Positions 32,219 to 41,478 are shown, numbered from the stretch's first letter. The stretch: 60,759 bases of DNA from an uncultured Dehalococcoidaceae bacterium (GCA_964545815.1 CAZJGR010000002.1:1-60759), one strand, 5' to 3'. The notes: a model not told the origin generated them from the sequence alone. Program-made: numbers and translations.

Positions 32219-33883
32219 ATGCCATACAAGACGATTGAGGAAGCCAATCCCGCCCTGCGCGGTATTGAGCCGCCCATTACCCTGGAACAGGCCAACATGA
32301 TCGCGGCCTGGGCCGATAAGATCGAGGCCAAGGGCCAGGACGCCAATCCCTGGGCCGTGGCTATAAGCCTGTTCAAAAAGACTCACCATGTGGAAGAGGA
32401 CAAGTGGGTCAAGAACGAGGGGAGCGAGGCCGAATTTAGCGCCTTCCTGAGAGGCCAGGAGGAACCCGACCAACCTTATATCGTAGACCTCCTGTCCGCT
32501 CTGCCCTCTGATAAGAGCGGCAAGCCCGACTTCTCCCAGCCCTTCCGCATCCTGCCGGTGGGCGACATCCACCGGATGGGCCGGCGACAGGTAACTCCTC
32601 AAACCATTGAAGAGTTCGCCCAAAATTGGCTCAACAGGGAGAAACGGGGCATCCGCCGCAAGCGAGTGGTCATTGATGCCGAACACCAGACCGGTGGCAT
32701 CGGCTGGTACACGGCCATCTTCAGCCGCGGTCAAGACGGCCTGTGGGCTACCATTGCCCTGAGCAATGCCGGAGAAAAGCTCCTGGCCGAGCGGGACTTT
32801 TCCTTTTTCTCCCCCGCCGTGGCCTGGCAAATAGAGGATGCCGTTACCGGAGAGATTGTCAGGAACCAGATAGTCGGAGGCGCATTGACCAACTACCCCG
32901 TCCTGGGCGACGCTACCCGCCTGCCCGTTATGGGCTATTCCTGGCGCTACACAGCACCGGCCGGCCGGGATGATCAAGACAAGTATGCCGCCACCAAAGC
33001 TGAAGGGGATGGTGACTACCCCGCCGAAGCTTATCTGGTTGTAGAGGACCCTGAGAAACCGACTACCTGGCATCTCAGAGTTAAGGAGCGAGTCAACGGC
33101 AAGCTCGAATACACCGCTAATATGTGCGGTAAGGCCGCCGCCGCCCTCGGCCCGAAGGGATTCCGGGGGCAACAGGTACAGCTTTCCGAGGAGGACCGCG
33201 CCGCCGCCAAGAAGAAGCTCCTGGCCATTTACCGCAATGAACTTAAGGTTGAGGATGACCAAATCCCCAAACAACTATTTTCGGAGAAAGGAGATGACGA
33301 CATGACAGTGGAATTCAGCGAACAGGAAAGAGGCCTCCTGCGCCAACTGGTTACCGGCCTGGGCAATCTGTTAAAAGGCCAGGAGAAGAAACCGGACGTG
33401 GAACTGCCGGAGGAGTTCACGGCCATGCAGGGCCTGGTCGAGCAGCTTAAGGCCAAAGTCGAAACGTTGGGCACGGAGAAGACCGCCCTGCAGCAACAGG
33501 TCGCGGCCGAAACTTATGCCCGCCAGTTGCAGGAAATGAGGGGCTTTGTCCAGATGTTCTCCCACCTGCCGCTGCCGGTGGAGTTGCCCAAGGACGCTCC
33601 GGCCGGAAGCATGACGACCCAGGAGCACCTGCTATGGCTGCGTGACTCGGACAGCACCGAAGGGAAAAAGCACTGGGCCTTTTTTGCCGCCCTGCTGGCC
33701 ACCCTGGAGAACACCCTGAAGGAAGTGGCCCTCTATGGCGAGTTAGGCGCTTCTTCCGGTGCACCGGCCAGCCCCGATGCCGCGCTGGACCTCCTGGCGC
33801 AGAAGTATGCCACCGATCACAAAGTGCCTTACCTCGAGGCGCTCAAGGCCGTGGCGGCCACCAGCCCACGCCAGGCGGCCTGA
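32219..33883 (+). CDS. putative prohead protease-scaffold protein (Mu gpI-like N-terminal half, coiled-coil C-terminal half)
   Basis: FRILPVGDIHRMGRRQVTPQTIEEF...VVIDAEHQ recalls Mu-like prophage protein I. Lies between portal and capsid. GGGAGG SD. Confidence 0.55.
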   Translation: MPYKTIEEANPALRGIEPPITLEQANMIAAWADKIEAKGQDANPWAVAISLFKKTHHVEEDKWVKNEGSEAEFSAFLRGQEEPDQPYIVDLLSALPSDKSGKPDFSQPFRILPVGDIHRMGRRQVTPQTIEEFAQNWLNREKRGIRRKRVVIDAEHQTGGIGWYTAIFSRGQDGLWATIALSNAGEKLLAERDFSFFSPAVAWQIEDAVTGEIVRNQIVGGALTNYPVLGDATRLPVMGYSWRYTAPAGRDDQDKYAATKAEGDGDYPAEAYLVVEDPEKPTTWHLRVKERVNGKLEYTANMCGKAAAALGPKGFRGQQVQLSEEDRAAAKKKLLAIYRNELKVEDDQIPKQLFSEKGDDDMTVEFSEQERGLLRQLVTGLGNLLKGQEKKPDVELPEEFTAMQGLVEQLKAKVETLGTEKTALQQQVAAETYARQLQEMRGFVQMFSHLPLPVELPKDAPAGSMTTQEHLLWLRDSDSTEGKKHWAFFAALLATLENTLKEVALYGELGASSGAPASPDAALDLLAQKYATDHKVPYLEALKAVAATSPRQAA

Positions 33884-33922
33884 CGCCATCTGGCTTAATA
33901 CCATACGAAAGGAGAGCAAACC

Positions 33923-34330
33923 ATGTACCAAGTGGGACCCGCTGAAGTTACCGGTGCTGATCGCACCTTCAAGGTCAAAGCCGACGTGGACATCGTAAAG
34001 TACTCCGCCGTGATACAGAGTTCGGGCGAAGACGGCGAGGTTGACGTGCCGGCCGCGGCCGGAGCGGCCATCTGGGGGATCGCCCAGGAAGAGGTTGACT
34101 ACTCCGAAGGGCAGCACCACGTCCGGGTGCGGACCATGGGCTTTAGTCATGCCCTGGCCTTTGATGGCAACATCGTGGCCGGCGACTGGCTCCAGGTAGG
34201 AGATACCTCGGGCCGTCTGGACACCGCCGCCTCAGGCGACTACGTAGTCGCCCGCTCTACCCAGGCCTCCGCTACCCAGGATGACCTGATCGTTGTCATG
34301 ATCATCCCCGGTGGCTACCAAATCCCGTAA
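33923..34330 (+). CDS. head decoration / DUF2190-like protein
   Basis: 135 aa, located immediately upstream of the major capsid gene. AAAGGAG SD. Confidence 0.5.
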   Translation: MYQVGPAEVTGADRTFKVKADVDIVKYSAVIQSSGEDGEVDVPAAAGAAIWGIAQEEVDYSEGQHHVRVRTMGFSHALAFDGNIVAGDWLQVGDTSGRLDTAASGDYVVARSTQASATQDDLIVVMIIPGGYQIP

Positions 34331-34373
34331 AGCCCTATAGAGGGATAACCGACAGAGAAAGGAGAACTTAACC

Positions 34374-35372
34374 ATGCCGCAATATGAGACCGTGCATGTA
34401 AAAACCACCCTGTCTAATGTGGCCCTGGCTTACTTTCAAACGGAGGCCGGGTTCATTGCAGACAAGGTGTCCCCACCTGTGAAGGTGGCCAAAGGAAGTG
34501 ACTATTATTTCGTCTTTGGCCGTGAGCACTTCCGGGTGGTAGATGCTGTCCGCCGACCCATGACGACCCCGGTCGAGATTGAGCATACCGTCTCGACCGA
34601 CCAGTATGTCTGCCAGGAGTATGCCATGCGGGAGGCAATCGCGGACGAGGAGATTGAGGCCGCCGATTCGCCCATTGAACCGGAAGCCGATGCCGCTCTC
34701 TATACCTCGGAGCGTCTACGCCTCTCGAGGGAATCCCGCATCGCTACCCAGTTGACCACTGCTGCCAACTATGACGCCACGATGCGGACGACCCTGGTGG
34801 GCGATGACCAATGGAACGAGTACACCACCTCCGACCCGATCGGGGTCATCCAGACGGGGATTGATGCTGTCGCCGCCAAGGGCAAACGGCCCAACACCCT
34901 GTGGCTCGGCTACGAGGTCTGGAGCAAGTTAAAGCACCACCCAGACTTCATCGCCCGCCTGCCGGACCAGCAAACCCGCATCGTAACTCCCAAACTCCTG
35001 CAGACGATATGGGAGGAAATCACCCAGGTTTGCATCGGCGAAGCGCTTTATGATACCTCCGTCGAGGGCCAGACCGAAAGCCTGGGCTACGTTTGGGGCA
35101 AGTACTGTGGCATCTGCTACGTGAACAACGTCATGCCCAACAAGAAAGTGCCCAGCTTCAACTACTCGTTTATCTGGCCGTACAAAGCGGCCCAGGGACG
35201 GGTGCGTGCCGAGAACCAGCCGGGCGCAGCCAACGGCGTGATCTACCAGGCCAGGACCTACCGCCATGCGGACGAAGGCGCCCGCGCTACCTGGGTAGAG
35301 GTGGGCCTGCGAGAAGGATTCAAGATCACCGGCGCCCTGATGGGCTATCTGATCTCGGCTGCCGTGGCGTAA
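34374..35372 (+). CDS. major capsid protein (lambda gpE-like family)
   Basis: 332 aa. N-terminal ...LSNVALAYFQTEAGFIADKVSPPVKV... pattern and position. AAAGGAG SD. Confidence 0.8.
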   Translation: MPQYETVHVKTTLSNVALAYFQTEAGFIADKVSPPVKVAKGSDYYFVFGREHFRVVDAVRRPMTTPVEIEHTVSTDQYVCQEYAMREAIADEEIEAADSPIEPEADAALYTSERLRLSRESRIATQLTTAANYDATMRTTLVGDDQWNEYTTSDPIGVIQTGIDAVAAKGKRPNTLWLGYEVWSKLKHHPDFIARLPDQQTRIVTPKLLQTIWEEITQVCIGEALYDTSVEGQTESLGYVWGKYCGICYVNNVMPNKKVPSFNYSFIWPYKAAQGRVRAENQPGAANGVIYQARTYRHADEGARATWVEVGLREGFKITGALMGYLISAAVA

Positions 35373-35389
35373 GCGTTACCCGCCATCTA

Positions 35390-35436
35390 CTCTGGACTTT
35401 GCCTGCCTGCGACAGGCAGGCAAGATAAGCTCAGAG
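35390..35436. repeat. nested element (CTCTGGACTT / AAGCTCAGAG around GCCTGCCTG-CGA-CAGGCAGGC)
   Basis: The inner 9-bp arms are exact (35401-35421). Confidence 0.85.
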
Positions 35437-35448
35437 AAAGGAGAAACC

Positions 35449-36315
35449 ATGACCCAAACCAGACTGCGTGATGCTGCGATCATCGCCTGCCTGCTGGCCG
35501 TCTGCGTCCTGGCGTACTTTCACTTTTCCCAACCGCCAAGCCTGCCGGCCTGGGTAGGCGCCAAAGAAGGGCCGATCGCTCACGGTATAGACAAGTTCTA
35601 CAGGTCGGTCTATATCAAAGGCAACGTGGAAACCGCCGGGAGCTCAATCGTAGGAGAGGACCTGACCGTTGGAGGCAACGTCTCGGTGACCGGAGTGATC
35701 ACCGCTGACAGTTGGATTACCCAATCCACCAGCCTGGACCTGACCGGAGGCTTGACGGTTGACGGAGCTACCGTGCTATCAGGCACAACGACTGCCAGCA
35801 GCACCTTGACCGCGCCGACCATCAACGTTACAACCCTGGCCGCAACGACAGGCAATGTCACAACCCTGACTGCGGCCGGGACCACCGTGCTGTCCGGCAC
35901 AACGACTGTCAGCAGCACCCTGACCGCGCCTACGGCCAACATTACAACCCTGGCTATATCAGGTAATGAGACCGTGGCCGGCAATGCAACCATCACCGGC
36001 AATACCCTGCTGACAGGGACGTTGAGCCTGTCAGAGGCCACCGGGACCATTACCACCACCGGGACCTTGACACCGACTGCCAGTTTCTATGAACTGAGTC
36101 CGGCGCCCCACGTTGCCAGCGAAATCACTATCACCCTGTCGGCCTGCACCCAACCGGGGCAGTTGTTGTCACTGTACGACGTCACGACCCCGACTATAAA
36201 CATTCCCGATGACAACCTGTTGCCCGGGTCCCTGTTTACCATGACTCAATACGAAAGCGCGGTGCTGCTCTGCAACGGCACAGGATGGGTTAAAGTTGTC
36301 CTTCCCACGCCCTAG
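35449..36315 (+). CDS. TM-anchored Thr/Gly-rich beta-helix-like repeat protein
   Basis: N-terminal AAIIACLLAVCVLAYF. Repeated LSGTTT(A/V)SSTLTAPT(I/A)N(V/I)TTLA units. Confidence 0.7.
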   Translation: MTQTRLRDAAIIACLLAVCVLAYFHFSQPPSLPAWVGAKEGPIAHGIDKFYRSVYIKGNVETAGSSIVGEDLTVGGNVSVTGVITADSWITQSTSLDLTGGLTVDGATVLSGTTTASSTLTAPTINVTTLAATTGNVTTLTAAGTTVLSGTTTVSSTLTAPTANITTLAISGNETVAGNATITGNTLLTGTLSLSEATGTITTTGTLTPTASFYELSPAPHVASEITITLSACTQPGQLLSLYDVTTPTINIPDDNLLPGSLFTMTQYESAVLLCNGTGWVKVVLPTP

Positions 36316-36877
36316 CACTAACCGCATCGTTGCAATGCTGCAGGGGGACCGCTTTGTCTACTGTTCCCAGGCCTGGCAACGAGTCGCGGCCCTGATAGCC
36401 ATGCGCATCCCGATTACCTGCCCGCCCGTAACCGCGGCCACGTTCAGGCCGCAGTGGATGGCCGGTAAGAAAGTGCTGATCTTTAAGCTCCACGGTTATC
36501 CTGACCACCCGGACTGGTTCGGCCTGGATAACCAGGGGGAGCGCCACGAGGCCCTGACACCGGCCCTGGTAGAATGCGCCGACCTGACCGGCGCTATCGT
36601 TATCGCGCTGGTTTGCTACAGCCTGCGAAGCCCCATGTCGGCGGCTTTTTTCAGAGCAGGTGCAAAAGCCTTCTTTGGCGCCCCGGGAGAGCTGCGGGCC
36701 AGAGAAACCAAACCCGGGGAAGCGGACAACCTGGCAATCCATCTCCTGCGCACCTTGAGAAGCGCACCACTTGACCAGGCCCTGGCCCTGGCCAAGGAGC
36801 GTTTTGGCCAGAAACCTGACTTGAGCGAACATGACCGCTACACGTTGGACACCTTTGGAGGAAGCTATGCGGTATAA
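36296..36877 (+). CDS. minimal CHAT/caspase-like domain protein (start uncertain: TTG 36296 or ATG 36335)
   Basis: KVLIFKLHGYPD...LTPALVECADLTGAIVIALVCYS...AAFFRAGAKAFFGAPGEL...AIHLLRTL...LDQALALAKERF follows the His-Gly ... Cys ... aGA pattern of CHAT domains. Confidence 0.55.
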   Translation: MSFPRPSTNRIVAMLQGDRFVYCSQAWQRVAALIAMRIPITCPPVTAATFRPQWMAGKKVLIFKLHGYPDHPDWFGLDNQGERHEALTPALVECADLTGAIVIALVCYSLRSPMSAAFFRAGAKAFFGAPGELRARETKPGEADNLAIHLLRTLRSAPLDQALALAKERFGQKPDLSEHDRYTLDTFGGSYAV

Positions 36878-37178
36878 GGTACTCGAACCTCTTATCCTAC
36901 ACCGTAAATACTACAGAATCGGCGACGTCATCGAGGCCCCCGAAAGCGACCGGCAAACCTGGACAGACCTGACCGGCCGCGGCCTGGCCGAACCGGTAGA
37001 AGCTGAGGTGCCGCCGGCAATTGCCCCGGGCGAGGAAATAGTGACCCGCCCGCTTCAACCATTACCTTACACCTCCGGGCGACTGCGCCTTTCCGGTCGC
37101 GGCCTGGCCGAACCGGTAGAAGCTGAGGCGCCGCCGTCCACCAGACCCAGGCGTAAGAGGAAGGGACACAACGGATGA
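36867..37178 (+). CDS. hypothetical protein (103 aa) with internal GRGLAEPVEAE(V/A)PP repeat
   Basis: ATG 36867 behind GGAGGAAG. Confidence 0.6.
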   Translation: MRYKVLEPLILHRKYYRIGDVIEAPESDRQTWTDLTGRGLAEPVEAEVPPAIAPGEEIVTRPLQPLPYTSGRLRLSGRGLAEPVEAEAPPSTRPRRKRKGHNG

Positions 37179-37744
37179 CGCTGAGCGACCTGGACTATAT
37201 CCGCCTGGTCCTGACCTTACCTCGTCATGTCATCTTTGACGAGGTCGTGGGACAGGGTAACGACACAGCCACGAAATTCAAGACCCGGCTGTGCCCTCTT
37301 CTCAACGATACCGTCATTCTCAGAGTCGCCGGAGTCGTGGTTGACCCGACCGACTACACGGTGGACGAGGAAACCGGCTTACTGACCCTGACCACAGCGC
37401 CGACCGATGGTGACCAGGTGGATGTCGACTATTCCTGGTCCGTTTTCAGCGATGACCAGATTGACGGCTTACTGGACCGTTATTCTAACAGCGTGGTCGC
37501 GGTCTTGAAGGACCTCATCACCGCTCTGCTGTCCAACACCGATCTATTTATCAAGTACACCCTGGGCATGGAGAGCGTGGACCGAAGCGCCGCCCTTGAT
37601 GCCCTGAAAGCTATCAAGGAAAGCGTCGACGGCAAGTCCGCCGCCGCCGCCGCCCAGGCCGTGATCTGGACCCAAACCGAGATTGACCTCTATGAGAGGG
37701 ACGTTAGATGGGAACCTTTTATAAGCTCGACGCCCGAAGGCTAG
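37175..37744 (+). CDS. putative head-tail connector/adaptor
   Basis: Position. ATGA overlap with the upstream gene. Confidence 0.5.
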   Translation: MTLSDLDYIRLVLTLPRHVIFDEVVGQGNDTATKFKTRLCPLLNDTVILRVAGVVVDPTDYTVDEETGLLTLTTAPTDGDQVDVDYSWSVFSDDQIDGLLDRYSNSVVAVLKDLITALLSNTDLFIKYTLGMESVDRSAALDALKAIKESVDGKSAAAAAQAVIWTQTEIDLYERDVRWEPFISSTPEG

Positions 37745-38064
37745 CGCAGGACACCCTCACCATCGTAAGCGACAGGCGGGACCTTTGTGTTATATACCGC
37801 CGCGCTGCGGGGCAATCGGGCGAAACCAAGATCGGCGTGTTTTGGGCCAGAATCGCCAACCTGGGCCGCTCCTCGACCGGCCTGGAGAGCTATGTCAAGG
37901 CCAGCGGCACAGAAACAGAAGCGGTCTGGGTCATGAGGACTACTCCCGAGGCTCCAACCTTACAACATGATGACGAAATCCGTACCGATGCGGACCGCTG
38001 GCGAGTGATCCATGTCCGCGCCATAGCCGATGGCCAACTGGCCATGTTGACCAACATTCAGTGA
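37708..38064 (+). CDS. putative head-closure / head-tail joining protein
   Basis: Position. ATG behind GAGAGGGA. Confidence 0.5.
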   Translation: MGTFYKLDARRLAQDTLTIVSDRRDLCVIYRRAAGQSGETKIGVFWARIANLGRSSTGLESYVKASGTETEAVWVMRTTPEAPTLQHDDEIRTDADRWRVIHVRAIADGQLAMLTNIQ

Positions 38065-38081
38065 AAAGAAAGGAGTAAATC

Positions 38082-38603
38082 ATGTCTAAAAGTGAACGAA
38101 CCCTCAGACTGGTGTCTACCCTGGTGCTGGCCGCCTTGCTGATCGTCACCCTTGGGGGTGGGCTGGCCAGAGGAAGCACCCTGCCTGTCAGGCAGACAGG
38201 TAACCGGCCCGTTGACGAGGTGATCACCTCCCAACCTGCCTCGCCGTCAGGCAGGCAGTTGGCGCCGGAAGCCCAGCGCGCCGCACCTTATGGCCAGTAC
38301 ATTGTCACGCACAACAATGTGAACATCACCTCGACGGCGCAGACGGGCGTGGTTGCCCGCACCTCGGGCTATGACTACCACAAGGCCATTCTCTGCGATG
38401 TGGGTGCGACCGATATCACCGGGACCCTCTATGCCAGAATCTCATCTACAGGAAACGTCTTTACCCTGGCCCAAACCCTCGTCTTTCCGGCCAACACCAG
38501 GACATACAGCGAACAAAATTATATCGCACCCTGGATGACTTTGAGCTTGACCGGTTCGACCGGCTCGACCACCACCTGCGGCATTTGGGTACAGACCCCA
38601 TAA
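38082..38603 (+). CDS. hypothetical protein with N-terminal signal/TM segment (173 aa)
   Basis: AAAGGAG SD. Carries two in-frame CTGCCTG/CAGGCAG palindromes (38181-38195, 38235-38255). Confidence 0.6.
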   Translation: MSKSERTLRLVSTLVLAALLIVTLGGGLARGSTLPVRQTGNRPVDEVITSQPASPSGRQLAPEAQRAAPYGQYIVTHNNVNITSTAQTGVVARTSGYDYHKAILCDVGATDITGTLYARISSTGNVFTLAQTLVFPANTRTYSEQNYIAPWMTLSLTGSTGSTTTCGIWVQTP

Positions 38604-38614
38604 AAGGAGGGGCT

Positions 38615-38941
38615 ATGCCAAGAGCCTACATTTACCCTACCCTGCGTGCGGTCCGGGCCGTCATGGCCCTGGAGTGCACCCGTTTGTACACAGGAGAAGC
38701 CACTGTACCTGGCAACGTTGACCTGAGCAGCCTGCAGCCGGGCATGATCTTGAGGCCTGCCGGTAAAGACGGGAAACCCGACTTCACTAAATACCAGGTC
38801 ATCTCAGAGGTCAGCCAGCGCAAAGGTGGCTCGACCATCAGGATGGGACAGAGGATGCCCAAAGAGGAGATGCCTCCGGAAGTCGTGGACGTCTGGAAAG
38901 GCGAGCTCGCTATCCCACCCGATGAGGCGCTGAAAACCTGA
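38615..38941 (+). CDS. hypothetical structural protein (108 aa)
   Basis: Trimmed to ATG 38615 behind AAAGGAGGGG. Confidence 0.55.
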   Translation: MPRAYIYPTLRAVRAVMALECTRLYTGEATVPGNVDLSSLQPGMILRPAGKDGKPDFTKYQVISEVSQRKGGSTIRMGQRMPKEEMPPEVVDVWKGELAIPPDEALKT

Positions 38942-39411
38942 TGGCCAGCGATGCCACCGCCTACGTCATAGAAACCCTCAAGGCCGCCGATTCTGTAACC
39001 GACCTGATCATGGGTGCAGAAGACGGGATTTTTGAGAGTGGTGACCTCGACATGAGCTATGTCGCTCAAGCCGAGGATTCCCGTCGCATCGTGGAAACCC
39101 CGACCAAAATCCTGGCCGTCGTGGTCCAGGATGGAGGAGAGACGGCCACAACCGAAACCCGCCACAACCAGACCGTGAATGTTTGGCTCTATGACCGGCA
39201 ACGAGGCTATGCTAACATCAGGGCAGTCAGGAACGCAATTTACCTGGTCCTCGATGGCCGCACCTCCGCCCTGGAGGACCCGGCCGGCATCCGGACGGGC
39301 ATCCTGGACCTGCACTTCCAGGACCGCTCAGGGCATTTACACGCTCTGAAACTGGCCCTGGATTATGAACTGTTGACCTATGAAGCCACCGTGCATCTGG
39401 ACTTATCCTAG
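38941..39411 (+). CDS. putative tail completion/terminator protein (DUF3168-like)
   Basis: Position upstream of the tail tube gene. ATGA-type coupling. Confidence 0.5.
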   Translation: MASDATAYVIETLKAADSVTDLIMGAEDGIFESGDLDMSYVAQAEDSRRIVETPTKILAVVVQDGGETATTETRHNQTVNVWLYDRQRGYANIRAVRNAIYLVLDGRTSALEDPAGIRTGILDLHFQDRSGHLHALKLALDYELLTYEATVHLDLS

Positions 39412-39420
39412 TAAGTCCAG
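39397..39420. repeat. outer-arm hairpin CTGGACTTA-tcctag-TAAGTCCAG
   Basis: Exact 9-bp arms. Contains the stop codon of the preceding gene. Confidence 0.9.
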
Positions 39421-39444
39421 AAGATAAGACAGAAAGGAGTTACC

Positions 39445-40287
39445 ATGACCCAAATTACAACCGGAATCGGACTGCGACACGTGCGAGTGGGCCCACGCGC
39501 CTCTGCCGGGACCATGGCCATGCCCGATGACCACGTGGTCGGGACTTGCTACCCCGGTATCCAACTGAGCGGGGCGGCCACCCTGACCCTGACTCCACCC
39601 GAACCGGAACGTGTCCAGGCCCGGGGCGATGACCGGGTGTACCACACGTTCCACATGCCCCCCACCGAGGGGTGGACGGGGGAGCTGACCTGCAGCAAAC
39701 GAGATATCCAGGCCGTGGCCCTTATCACCGACGTCCTGGCCTGGGGCGAAGACGCTCTTTTTCACGGCGTCGCAATGGGCACGGACAAAGAGGGCCTGGA
39801 GCCTGACCTGATCATGTGGGCACAGCGCAAAGGCGCCGATACCGACCCCGCCTCGGACACCTATGGGCAGGAAGTGTGGGAAGCCTACGAGATTCTCTGT
39901 TGCAAGGCGACCCCCATGCCGCCCTCCCAGGAGCAATCGGCGGTGGGCGAAATGCGCTATGCCGTGACTATGCAGCAGGTGGCTACCCGCATCGTCGGCG
40001 AAGAGTTTACCGAACTCGACCACGGCTGCACCAAGGCGACCATCTTCCCCGTCGTGGCCAGACCCGGCAAGATTTTTTATGACTTTGACGAAGGGGATGC
40101 CGCCACCGATGACTTTGTGCTGACCCACACGCCTACCTCCGCCACCGATATCAAGGTCTACGTGGACGGCGTGGACGAACCCGCCGGGTGGACGCTCGAC
40201 GTGGCCACCAAGACCGTGACCTTTATCGCCGCTCCTGCGGACGGCGCCACCCTGGCCTTTATGTATTGTACCCCTGATACCCTGTAA
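39445..40287 (+). CDS. putative major tail (tube) protein
   Basis: 280 aa, immediately upstream of the frameshifted chaperone pair. AAAGGAG SD. Confidence 0.6.
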   Translation: MTQITTGIGLRHVRVGPRASAGTMAMPDDHVVGTCYPGIQLSGAATLTLTPPEPERVQARGDDRVYHTFHMPPTEGWTGELTCSKRDIQAVALITDVLAWGEDALFHGVAMGTDKEGLEPDLIMWAQRKGADTDPASDTYGQEVWEAYEILCCKATPMPPSQEQSAVGEMRYAVTMQQVATRIVGEEFTELDHGCTKATIFPVVARPGKIFYDFDEGDAATDDFVLTHTPTSATDIKVYVDGVDEPAGWTLDVATKTVTFIAAPADGATLAFMYCTPDTL

Positions 40288-40299
40288 GCGGGAGGACCA

Positions 40300-40713
40300 A
40301 TGCGTACACAAACCGTCACTTTTGGTGACGAGGCGAACCGCCTATCCGTCACCATTAGTGAGGCTAACGTTCTACAAGGGATGCAACACACCCTCCTGGT
40401 TACAGGTGCCATCTCTAGCATCCAGAAAGAGGACGGGAAGGGCGTTGACATACCGGAGGGAGAGGGCTGGGCCGTATACCTGGTCCGTCGCCACGTCTGG
40501 CCCCATTGCCGCGCCTCCGCCGTTTCGGCCGAGGGCTTTGATTTGACTGCTCTGACCCTGGAGCTATTCCTTCAACTGCCGGAGGGCTTCGTGGCCCGGT
40601 GGGAGAAAGCGGCCCTCGAGCTCAATCCCCACTGGAAGCCCGAAGCCGCCGAGGAGCCGGAGGAAAAAAAAGACGAGAGCGCACCAGGGAGCGAGTTAAC
40701 CGAGACCTCCTAG
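40300..40713 (+). CDS. tail assembly chaperone (G-like, zero-frame product)
   Basis: Position, acidic C-terminus, slippery site near the 3' end. Confidence 0.75.
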   Translation: MRTQTVTFGDEANRLSVTISEANVLQGMQHTLLVTGAISSIQKEDGKGVDIPEGEGWAVYLVRRHVWPHCRASAVSAEGFDLTALTLELFLQLPEGFVARWEKAALELNPHWKPEAAEEPEEKKDESAPGSELTETS

Positions 40714-40979
40714 AGTGGGTGCGCCACCAAAGTGGAGCCCCGACCGAAGGCGATGAGGAGTGGATTCTACACCGCCCCGATCTTTCCCTGGCCATTTGGA
40801 AAGCGATGGAGGCAACGGAGTGGCGGCATTTGCCATTCCCTGGCGGGGTATTAGACCAACCGGACTGGTTGATTCACGACCTCTATACCCTATCCTGGCG
40901 TAAAGGGGTCCTGCGCCAGTTGATAACATCCCCCACTGCCGCTTTACCGCGGGGGAGGAAAGGGGCGCCGTTTGGATGA
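40300..40979 (+). CDS. tail assembly chaperone -1 frameshift fusion (GT-like)
   Basis: A AAA AAA heptamer within the A8 run at 40664-40671. The -1 frame stays open to 40979. Confidence 0.65.
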
Positions 40980-41476
40980 TCGTCGGCCTTGAGATGACTG
41001 AAGCCCCCAATGAAGCCTGGGACCAAATAGAACACATCATGGACCTGGGCCCTAAAGAGAGGCGGAAGGTTGCTGAGGCTGTCCGCCTCGGCATTGCCTG
41101 GAACTTTGCCCACGAATCGGCCGGAGGAGAACCCTGGCGGCAATTGGCGCCCATGACGGTCGGCATTCGCCGCAAGCTCGGCTTTGCCGGAGAACACCCC
41201 ATCCTGCAACGGACCAGGGAATTGAAACGAAGTCTGGTCGAGGCCGGACACCCCTACAACCTCTATGAAGAAACCGAACAGGATGGTGATATTACCATGC
41301 TATTTGGTTCCGAGGACCCCCGTTTCCCCATCCTCCACGCCGGTGGCTACACCGAAACAGGCCGCAACGTCCCTGCCCGCCCCATGACCGTCCTGGGAAC
41401 ACAAGCCGTCTCCCGCCTGGAAAGTACGATCATTTACGTCCTGCGGGAACGATGGCGACGCCTCCCCCATGAATAG
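40976..41476 (+). CDS. putative virion/tail morphogenesis protein (Mu gpG / P2 S-like)
   Basis: GEPWRQLAPMTVGIRRKLG...PILQRTRELKRSL. Confidence 0.5.
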   Translation: MIVGLEMTEAPNEAWDQIEHIMDLGPKERRKVAEAVRLGIAWNFAHESAGGEPWRQLAPMTVGIRRKLGFAGEHPILQRTRELKRSLVEAGHPYNLYEETEQDGDITMLFGSEDPRFPILHAGGYTETGRNVPARPMTVLGTQAVSRLESTIIYVLRERWRRLPHE

Positions 41477-41478
41477 CC

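Noticed and set aside
31904-33274. 456-aa minus-strand ORF antisense to the protease-scaffold gene. Similar long antisense ORFs occur at 50613..52856, 45801..46952, 38632..39315, 39403..40311, 36290..36832 and 21345..22118 (5' part).
   Set aside because: They are shadow frames of G+C-rich coding sequence. Their composition is Gly/Arg/Pro/Ala-rich, they have no SD, and each overlaps a gene with clear motifs or operon context on the other strand.
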